A stretch of DNA of 33,152 bases, filler included, from Fonticula-like sp. SCN 57-25 (Eukaryota), in the NCBI GenBank assembly GCA_001724245.1. It is 3 parts of 3 records of this genome, joined end to end, with 100 filler letters (N's around TTAATTAATTAA, not from the genome) between each part and the next. Parts side by side here need not be neighbours in the genome. Positions count along the whole stretch, not along the records: positions 1 to 18,483 come from MEDX01000746.1; positions 18,584 to 27,300 come from MEDX01000748.1; 1 more part is not named here. One strand, written 5' to 3'. The notes beneath the pieces are model-generated. The model had not been told where the DNA came from. It searched no databases and saw only the letters and a list, made by a program, of their open reading frames with translations. Shown piece by piece: positions 12,247-20,986 of this stretch. Numbering within the stretch: the stretch's first letter is position 1; each line of letters begins with the position of its first letter. The position numbers and the translations under genes are program-made.

Positions 12247-13283
12247 ATGCGTGTGACGGACGCGATCCAGACGTTCCTCGCGGGCCTTGTGCTCCTCTTT
12301 GACGGCTTTGTGACTCTGTGCGGGTCCCTTGTGGTCCTCTACAAGGCCCTCGTTGCCAAGGCGCCGAAGCGTGTCCCCAAGAGCATCCTCATCTCGGGTG
12401 CTTCCTCGGGCATTGGTGAGTCGCTCGCCGTCGAGTATGCCCGCTCCGGCGTGACCCTCGGCCTCATCGGCCGCAATAAGGGTATGCGCTCTTTTCTGCT
12501 CTTTCTCTGATGCAATATGTGCTGTGTGCGGGAATTAATTGCGGCCGCCATCCTAGAAAACCTTGACGCGATTGCCGAGCGCTGCCGCGCCAAGGGGGCC
12601 GTCGTCGAGGTGTTTGTGATGGACGTGCGCAAGGAGAAGGAGATCGCCGATATCGTGCTCGGCTTTGACACTCGCCACGTTGTTGACCTTGTTGTTGCTA
12701 ACGCGGGCATCAGCGCCGCCATGGTTGGTACGACGGACCCCGATCGCTGCCTCGCGTCCCTAACGCGTTTGTCGTAGAGGGCGAGCTTGATGTTCGTCTC
12801 CGCGCAGTGATGGACGTGAATGTGAATGGCGTGTTTAACACTGTTCTTCCCCTCATTGAGCGCTTCAAGAGCCGCCGCAACGGGCAGATCGCCGTCGTGA
12901 GCTCGATCAGCGGCATCGCCGACTACCCGCGCAGCCTCTCGTACAGCATGAGCAAGACCGCCCTCAACAACTTTTGCCGCGACCTTCGCGAGCTCCTCAG
13001 CCACTACAACGTTGCCGTCACGGCCATTTGCCCCGGCTTTGTGCAGACCGGCTTTACCAAGTACTCGATCATGCGCCGCGGCTCTGTCCCGCTCCTCATG
13101 GACGTTGCCACCGCGACCAAGATCATCGTCGACGGACTCGAGAAGAACGCCCCGATGATCACCTTCCCGACGCCGCTTTACTTGCTCGCGTTCGCCATGC
13201 GTGCGCTCCCGGCCACCATGCTCGACCTCATCGTGCCCCTGATCGCTTCCAGCAAGAAGCAGAGCTGGGATCACATCGGCTAA
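12247..13283 (+). CDS. Short-chain dehydrogenase/reductase with N-terminal hydrophobic segment
   Basis: Three exons. SGASSGIG, ANAG, VNVNG, SS, catalytic YSMSK, PGFVQT. Confidence 0.92.
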
Positions 13284-13431
13284 GCGTGTTTGTGATTGCC
13301 TGTCGCCTCAATAACACATAATCATATCAATATGTCGTCTATTCAGATACTGCGAGTTGGGAAACAGAATTCGCATATAAACTATCATACAGCTGCGACT
13401 GAAAGTATGTTACACATGAAACAAAATGAGC

Positions 13432-14109
13432 CTACTTTTTCTTCTTGGATGGCGTGTTTGACTTTTCTCCGGCGGACGAGCCGGCCTCCCTTGCTCCGAG
13501 CACCGCGGCCATGTCCCAATCCAAAAGCTGCTTCTGGATGCCTCGTACCGTCGGCGCAGTGAGATGCTTGGCCCCGCGCGACCCGAACGTAAAGGGGTCG
13601 CACGCCATGTACGCTTGAAACTCGTCGACATGGTGGTCGCAGTGGTATCTCCTGTTAATAAGCTCCGCCGTGATAAGCCGCTGTTCCGCCTCGGTCAGCT
13701 TGTTCCACAGAACGTCCGATTGCTTGCGGTACATCGGGTCGTAGTGGTACAAGATGTGACGCTTCTCGTGCGCCAGTGTCTCGTGATCCCCTTTGAGGTA
13801 CGCGATCACGTACGGGCGCGTGTCCTTTCGAGCATGCTTGCTCAGCAAGGCGTCTAGTAATGAACGCTCCTCGGCGCTCACGTCGGTCCCGGCAAGCTGG
13901 CTCCAGGATACCAGCGTCGACAGGGGAGCATTGAACCCGGTGTGCTTGGGGAGGGTCTTGCTCGTCGTCTCCCACTCGGCAAGCGAGATGTACTTGTCGC
14001 GGTGCAACACATTCTCGTAATAAGTGGCAATGCGGGAAAGAGCCTTGTTCAGCGCATCTTTGTCCACAAACACCAGCGACGTATACCGCACGTCGTGGGA
14101 GATTTCCAT
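13432..14109 (-). CDS. Hypothetical 225-aa protein with HExxH motif
   Basis: Intronless ORF with globular composition; 'TLAHEKRHILY' and downstream 'DEFQAY'; ends KKKK. Confidence 0.7.
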   Translation of the reverse strand: MEISHDVRYTSLVFVDKDALNKALSRIATYYENVLHRDKYISLAEWETTSKTLPKHTGFNAPLSTLVSWSQLAGTDVSAEERSLLDALLSKHARKDTRPYVIAYLKGDHETLAHEKRHILYHYDPMYRKQSDVLWNKLTEAEQRLITAELINRRYHCDHHVDEFQAYMACDPFTFGSRGAKHLTAPTVRGIQKQLLDWDMAAVLGAREAGSSAGEKSNTPSKKKK

Positions 14110-14206
14110 TCGCGCGTCAGACGGTAGCGTGCGATGCTGCGTGTCACAGAGCTCCCGCCATCAACCAGTTTGCAGTTTGCATCGATCCACCTGGCCCGTA
14201 CCCATC

Positions 14207-14700
14207 ATGGCGTCGTCCGACTTGTCACACATTCCTTGTGAGGACTACGCCTTTTTCAAGCGCGCGCTTCAGCAGCACCGCAAGGGCAACGACAATATTA
14301 CGCACAAGCTCAATACAATCGATGTAGAGGACCCGCAGTCTTGCAGCACTCTTCTGGCGCACTTCCGTGCTGGCCGTGATGAGCGCATCCGCAACATCAA
14401 CCGCTGCGTCAAGGTTCAGGAGGAGGCGACGGAGTCGCTCAAGGCGCAAGTAGCCGAGGCCACGCCCGAGACGCGGACGAGTTTGTCCGCCGCTCTGAAT
14501 ACACAGGCAACCAAGGTGCGATATGCTTACAAATACCCTTCTGTACGTCTTACCAACACCCTCGCTTCTCTCTGCAGCTCCGACTGTACCGCTTCGAGCT
14601 GGACCAGGAGGCAGTCACGGAGGAATTTACAATGGCAAAGTTCCGCGAGCGTTGCCGCGTGCTCGAGATCAGCGGAGCGATTCAGACGCCGTCGAATTAG
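14207..14700 (+). CDS. MIX23: MIX23/CCDC58 (Cid2 family) intermembrane-space protein
   Basis: Two exons. 'CEDYAFFKRALQQHRKGNDNITHKLNT..C..RDERIRNINRCV..ELDQEAVTEEFTMAKFRERC'. Confidence 0.88.
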
Positions 14701-14878
14701 AGCCCTTGCTCGGACATATAAAGCCCCGCCCCGGACCAGGCCTACCATATGGATTCACACTGCTGTTTTGATATTCCCCTTTTCCTTGTTGACAGAAAAA
14801 GCAAATTTTTCATCCAATGATACATTTTATATACATATTTGGCCAACTATTGTTACACGTGTCGACCACATATCGGGT

Positions 14879-15529
14879 CTACGTCTTGGCGACGACGACA
14901 CCGTCGTCAATAACGACGGGCCACGCGCGTTTCTTCCCTTCGCCGTGGGGCACAATTCGCTGCGCAATTGAAACACGAGGCAGCTGCTTCCTCGCAGCAT
15001 CATTCAGCATGAACGACTCTGTTGAGATGGTTGGCGGAGCCTCATCATCGGAAGTAGATTTTCCGACGACAAGATGCACCAGCATGAGTGGAAGCCGGGA
15101 CTCGCGGAAATGCTGCTGCGCGGCGGGTGAGAACCCCCGCTCGCTCACAAAGATGCCGACCACGGAAGGCGACTCGCGGAGCAACGCGCTTTCGAACCCG
15201 CGCACATCAGCACTGCTGGTCTTTTTAATCTGCGCCTTGCACTGCCCCACAACCGCGACACGTCTAATGGATCCATTGTGTTAGAAAAGACTACTCAAAG
15301 TGACTGGGGTGAGGTACCCGCTAGACGGTAGGTGCCAATGACCTCGAAAATCGACGCCACCGTCATGCGCCGCTCCACACACTCGAACATCAAAAAGAAG
15401 CAACGATAGTACGTTGACGGTGTCGTGCTCGAACGCTTGCCCTTTGCGATACCGTTCAGCCTGTACCGTTAGGCACCGTCGACTGGGCGCTCCGAGTCGC
15501 AGAGCGGTACCCACCACCGTCCAGCGCAT
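14879..15529 (-). CDS. RRG7/DUF2034-like mitochondrial protein with PD-(D/E)XK-type fold
   Basis: Two exons. 'KGQAFE..VCGAAHDGGVDFRGHWHLP..VVGQCKA..VRGFE..GFS'; presequence-like start. Confidence 0.75.
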
Positions 15530-15619
15530 CGTTTCGTCGTGGTGGCGGGAAACCTGCCCAAAAAGCACTCCTGATTCTGCCCCTGATTCACTTTTGGCGC
15601 ACTTTTGCCGGCGACGATC

Positions 15620-17222
15620 ATGAGCTTTGGGGAGGTGCGAAGAACGGCGTATACTGCTCTGCCTCACCGTATTCTTACTGTTTTGTTTGCTGCAGTACAC
15701 GGCGGACGACCGGTTTTTGGTGATTGATGGAGGTGGGTATGCGACAAAGGCGGGCTTCGCGGATCCGCTGCGACTGCCATCCCTCGAGATGTCCTCTGGC
15801 GTGAGTTTGTCGCGCAAGACTGGGCACTACCACGTCGGCTATGTGCGCGACCAGGCGTCCGAGGAAGTCAAGGCGGAGCTTGTGGACCTTGGCTCGCCTT
15901 ACAAGAATGGCGAGATCGTCAATTGGGATGCTGCTGAGGCCCTTTGGAAGTTTGTTGTTGAGAGCGAGGCAGAGACGAGGGACGTCCCCGTCCTGCTTTG
16001 CGAGAGTGTCCACACCTCGCGGAGCGACAGAGAACGCATTGCCCAGGTGCGGTCATTTGCGGCGCTCTGTCGATTATTGACGTTCTCTAGACTTTTTTCG
16101 AGGGGATCGGGTCGCCTGCGCTGTACAGTGCTCCTCGCCCGCTCATGGCCCTGTACGGATGCGGAGCCACGTCGGGCTTTGTCATTGACATTGGCCACGA
16201 GGCGACCGGTACATAATGGTGCTTTGTGCGTTTTGTTGCTAATAGGCCTGGTTAGATATCGTGCCAATCATTGATTCTGAGGTTCAGCAGTATGCTGTGG
16301 TTAGCTACGATGTTGCTGGCGCGGACCTCGACGACTATCTTTATAAAGTGCGTGTTGTTTACTACTTTGCTGATGTGCCTAACACGACAAAGCTTTTGGC
16401 CGCGGAGAAAGGAATGGCCGGTCTGACGACGGCTCATGCGCGCCGGATCAAGGAGACGATGGGTCAGGTGGGCATGCACGCCAAGGGAGGCAACGTCGCT
16501 CGCCTCTCTGATGAGAAATTTGAGCAGGACGGACTGGTGCGCTTTTGCATGCTGGCTTTCTTTGAATGACTGTGCTGATTGTTGAGGACGCTGCAGTCCT
16601 TTACGGTGGGCACCCAGCGGCAGAGGTTTTCAGAGGCGCTGTTTGCGCCCTCGATGGTTGGAAAGTGCGTCCCTTTCCTTTTCGTTTACCCTCGTCTAAC
16701 AGCTCCAAAGGTCGAGCAGTCTTACACTTGCGGATGCCGTTGAGCTCGCCTTGTCAAAAGTTTCGACGGATGTGCGCAGCGCTGCTGCTGATGCGCTCGT
16801 CGTCGCGGGAGGCCATGCCCAGATGCGAGGTGCGATATGATCTGTAGCGGTGCTTCCTATACTCATTGGTTTTTGCAGGGCTGGCGGATCGACTTGTGCA
16901 GGACCTGAAGCGCGTGCGCACCGCAGTGACGCGCGATGACCGGGCCGTCGAGCTGAAGGTGCGCCTGTGACCGGGGCTGACGCTGGTGCTAATGTTTTCC
17001 GATAGGCCCTTTCGATGGGCAAGTATCTGACGGCGACACACACGCGGCCAGACTGCGCGAGCTGGGTGGGCGCTTCCGTTGCCGCCAAGGTGCGTTAAAC
17101 ACTTGCTTTGTGTTTGGGTTCCTCATGCGTTTGGTTAGCACGTATTCCCGAGTCAGATGCATGTTAGCAGGGCAGCATACAATGAGTACGGTCCGGGAGT
17201 TATGCACAGGAAAGAGTTGTAA
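15620..17222 (+). CDS. Divergent actin-related protein (Arp9-like)
   Basis: About 10 exons join in frame: VIDGGGYATKAGFA, IVNWDAAEALW, MALYGCGATSGFVIDIGH, AGADLDDYL, SWVGASVAAK, YNEYGP. Confidence 0.85.
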
Positions 17223-17809
17223 TGCATTATATGAATCCATGCTATATAAACGTTGCTTGTTTCTATTCGCTGGTTTTGCTTAAGCACTGTCAGAGGCCAA
17301 TAATGCCTGTGAAGGAGCGGTTTCTATACAGCGATGCAGCAGCGTAAAGGGCGATGCGTGTACACTCTCTTCTCAGAGTATTTTTGCAAAATACGCCTCC
17401 GCTGTAATGGCGCACTTGCCGTTGAACCCTCGTCAAACGACTCATGGGCGCCTCGTGCTGCATTGTTTTGCACCTGTTGCTGCAGTTTCATACAGATAGC
17501 TTCCTGGCTTTGTCACCGACTGTCAAATTGCAGCAATTGTGCTCTTTGTGCTCGTAAATTGCTGAGCTGGCCTTTGGCGTATGATTCTGCATCCCGTTCT
17601 CCATTGCTATCTGACAATGTCAATATGCATGCACAATGCGTTGTTCGAACGGTATAAAATCAGCCCTGGATTCCACCCTGCGAAACAAACACTTTCCAGC
17701 GACAGGATCCGGGCTCACCGATGACCGTTCCTCGAGGCATTATGTACCCTGTGTAGTGTGGACGTCGACGACTATGGCCATTCCGAGTTCCCAGTGAGAA
17801 GCGCTAACG

Positions 17810-18483
17810 CTTTTGGGCGTACTTGACTTTTATTTATGTCTACGACGTCATAACGGACTCGGTGAGCGGTATCTTCGACCTTGCGACCAGAAGAAACTGC
17901 GCCTTGTCGGCTCCGCCGAAAAAGACTCCCTTGCTGTGCAGCAGCGCGCTGGCTTGAGAACGTGATCCGGGCGTACCTCACGTTTTGCATGTCGGCTCCA
18001 AACATTATTGCCTCGGTCAAGGGAGTCCTCTTCGACCTTGCGACTTGAAAGAAGTGCTCCTTGTCTGCACCGCCGAAGAAGGCTCCCTTGCTGTGCAGCA
18101 GCGCGCTGGCTTGAGAATGTGATCCGGGCGTTCCTCACGTTCTGCATGTCGGCTCCAAACATGATGGCCTCGGTCAAGGGAGTCCTCTTCGACCTTGCGA
18201 CATCAAAAAAGTGAGCCTTGTCTGCATTGCCGAAGAAGGCTCCCTTGCTGTGCAGCAGCGCGCTGCGCCACCGCTTGAGGACGTGAGGGACGTCCTCGCA
18301 CATGAAAGTGCCGTTGTCGTCCGCCTTGAACCATTCGCCACCAGGAAAGCCGTCGTCGGCGGCGGCGTCGCGACAGGCCAACAACAACAGGAGGCCACGC
18401 TGCTCTGATACGGGAGCGTTGTCGGGCACAACTTGTCCGCGCGCTACAAGCTCCGAGAGTACCTCCGCCGGGCCCTTCTTGGC
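17810..18483 (-). mobile_element. Degenerate P-element/THAP9-like transposase fragment with a ~3x 157-bp internal array
   Basis: 'EDVPHVLKRWRS' resembles the D-x-x-H-L-L-K-x-x-R motif, and 'ADMQNVRNARITFS' resembles D-x-M-x-V-x-x-A-x-x-F-S. The anchor TTCGACCTTGCGAC recurs at 17874, 18031 and 18188. The frame breaks at each unit and the sequence runs into the gap. Confidence 0.55.
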
Positions 18484-18583
18484 NNNNNNNNNNNNNNNNN
18501 NNNNNNNNNNNNNNNNNNNNNNNNNNNTTAATTAATTAANNNNNNNNNNNNNNNNNNNNNNNNNNNNNNNNNNNNNNNNNNNN
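18484..18583. other. Assembly spacer N44-TTAATTAATTAA-N44
   Basis: Artificial all-frame-stop linker; linkage across it is unproven. Confidence 0.98.
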
Positions 18584-18828
18584 CCTCGGCACTACGCACA
18601 TCACCCTTTGCATCACTCGACTCGCCTCGTCACGAGCTCTCGAACGCACGTTAAATCATCGCTCTACGACAAGTATTCGCGAAGATACGAGCACCGCTGT
18701 ACGCGATCAATCAGGAATCGCCGACCGATCCTTCACGGTCGACCATCAGTTCATTCGACGCACCTTGATCGAGTCAACAACACCTTCGCTCACCCACACG
18801 CGCGCACACACGTGCTGCGCGTACTTTA

Positions 18829-18888
18829 ATAATGTTCACACGCAGGACCAACAGCGTGCACTGATAACGTTCACACGCAGGACCAACA
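18829..18888 (+). repeat. 25-bp direct repeat, period 35
   Basis: ATAAYGTTCACACGCAGGACCAACA at 18829 and 18864 (24/25 identical). Confidence 0.85.
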
Positions 18889-19195
18889 AAGTCCTCTGCA
18901 GATGGCTGGCCGGACGCCCACCTCAATATATAGGATTGTCAACACGCCTCCTGGCACAGCTTATCTGCGACTGGTTGAGTCTTTTGTAATAGTAGAGAGT
19001 GGAATTTGCCTTGTGGCATTGTACTTTCGTGTTCTTTCCATTTGTGGTACAATACAAGGTACACTGCTAGAAAACGATAGGCCATGCACGACATATGAAT
19101 AGCGTTGATTAAGGTAGTATTCACAGACGTTAGTAGTCCGTTACTTCACTGATACAACATTCGTATTCAATGCAAGATATCGAGCCTCAACGCCT

Positions 19196-20735
19196 CTACA
19201 ACTTGGACTTTACATCGCGAACATGCGTCGAATCCTTAACTACAAATGGACACTTGACGCCGATTGCCTCTGCGACCTTGAGCCCCGACGTGAGCCCGTC
19301 TTCATGGAAGCCATAATTGCTCCATGCACCACAGAACCAAGTATTGTTCTTGCCTTGGATAGTAGCGAGCTCTGACTGTGCGGCAATCAACTAACAGAAG
19401 AAAGAAAAACACGTTAGCATGAAAGCCACAGCGAGCAAGAGAGAGCGTGGCGCACGTCGCCTGTGTAAACCGGGTGCTCATACTCGTAGCTCGCAACAAC
19501 CAGGTGCGACTTGGGTTGGTTGAGAGGGTTCAGCGTGACAAACAGATCGCGCTCTTTACCATGACCGATAAACGGCTGCAAGCGGTTCATCCAGTATGTC
19601 AAAGAAATCTCGCGCTGACCACTGTCTCCCATTGCCACATAGTTCCAGGACGACCAGCAGTTGCGTCTCCTCGGCATAAACTACACATGACGCGTGTCAA
19701 CAACCAATGACGACCGAAAGCTACATACCGAGGGATCGCGATGAACAACGGCCACATTTTTCTTATACTGAATCTTGCCCAACACGGTCCTCTCCTCATC
19801 TGTAGGGTCCTGGAGGAGGGCAAGCACTTGGTCACCGTGGCAAGCAAAGACGACTTCGTCGTAGATCTCTTGCCTGCCAGTAATATCGGTCACAATCGAC
19901 CGACCTCCATCGATACGACGAACGCTCTTGACAGCGCAACTGACCCGAACGTCGGGGAGCCCTGCGGTAACCTTTCGGACGTATTCACGAGAACCGTTCG
20001 TGACGGTAAGCCACTGAGGGCGGCCACTGAGGTTCGTAAAACCATGGTTATGATAAAATCGGAGCAGAGTGACGGCCGGGAAAGCCAGCATGCCAACGGC
20101 AGGTGTCGACCAAATAGCCGCCGTCATGGGCAGCAGATAGAGATCCCGGAAACTTTGCGAGTACCCGCCCCTCTCGAGAAATTCGCCAATAGTAAGCTTT
20201 GACGAAGCGTTGTCCACGCGTGCGAGGAACTCCACTGCTTCCGCGTTAAAGCGGCGCACGTCCCAGAGCATGCGCAAGAACGACGGGCTGAGCAAGTTGC
20301 TGCGCTGTGCAAATACAGTCGAAAGACTGTCACCAGCCCACTCCATCTGGCCGCCGTTCAGGGTCACAGCAAAGGACATGTCGCTGTCTTGGTACTAGTG
20401 TTAAAGCGTGAGTATGACAGAACAGCCAAGCGGCCAGTGCCCGCACCTGAACGCCAAGAGCGCTGAAAAAATTCAGCATGTTCGGGTATGTCTCCCGGTT
20501 GAAAACGATGAAGCCAGTGTCCACGGGGGTCGTCTCTTTCGAATTCTCAGTGCGCGGCACGTCGATCGTGTGAGTGTGCCCGCCGACATAGTCCCCCTTC
20601 TCGTAAACAGTCACATGGTGCTCGCGGTTGAGCACCCACGCGGCGCCAAGGCCCGAGATCCCGCTCCCTACAACCGCGATCTGTAACTCGTTAGATTCAG
20701 GGGTTCAGTCGCCCGTCGCGTACCTTTTTCGGCAT
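19196..20735 (-). CDS. FAD-dependent oxidoreductase, COG2907/amine-oxidase-like (UfaD-type), with C-terminal PTS1 -SKL
   Basis: Five exons. MPKK|IAVVGSGISGL, GGHTHT, VDTGFIVFNRETYPN, SDMSF, PMTAAIWS, SSWNY, TYWMNRLQ, YEHP, WFCGAWSNYGFHEDGL; ends KSKL*. Confidence 0.93.
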
Positions 20736-20986
20736 CGCAGAGCTACTATCAGTGCCAAAGCCTACACAACAAATACGATCACGCAAGCCGCTGTTCCAAC
20801 ACAGTCGCAGCTCTTGTAGTTGTAGAAGCAGCTCAGAATGCAGTTGCCACGCCGAGGTTGTGTTGCAGAGCTTTTTCCTCCAACGCAACCTTTCAATAAT
20901 CAGCTGAACAGAATCAGTCGATTGTGAAAGCGTGTGTCACCTTTCGTCTCCGCACACTGACAGGCAGTGTACGCAACCGTCGGGAG

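Noticed and set aside
17325-17620. Minus-strand Gln-rich reading with one in-frame TGA (..QFDSR*QSQE..) as possible readthrough or selenoprotein
   Set aside because: No recognisable family, start or SECIS; more likely decayed sequence beside the transposase relic.
17870-18270. CRISPR-like interpretation of the 157-bp array
   Set aside because: Whole units are homologous, there are no unique spacers or cas genes, and the context is eukaryotic.
18528-18539. TTAATTAATTAA palindrome (also 27345-27356)
   Set aside because: Artificial linker centred in N-runs, not a biological site.
18939-19195. Extra 3' exon of the FAD enzyme using a TACTAAC near 19130
   Set aside because: The GTAAAG donor is atypical here, the next AG is about 60 nt from the branch point, and the unspliced end is already domain-complete with SKL.
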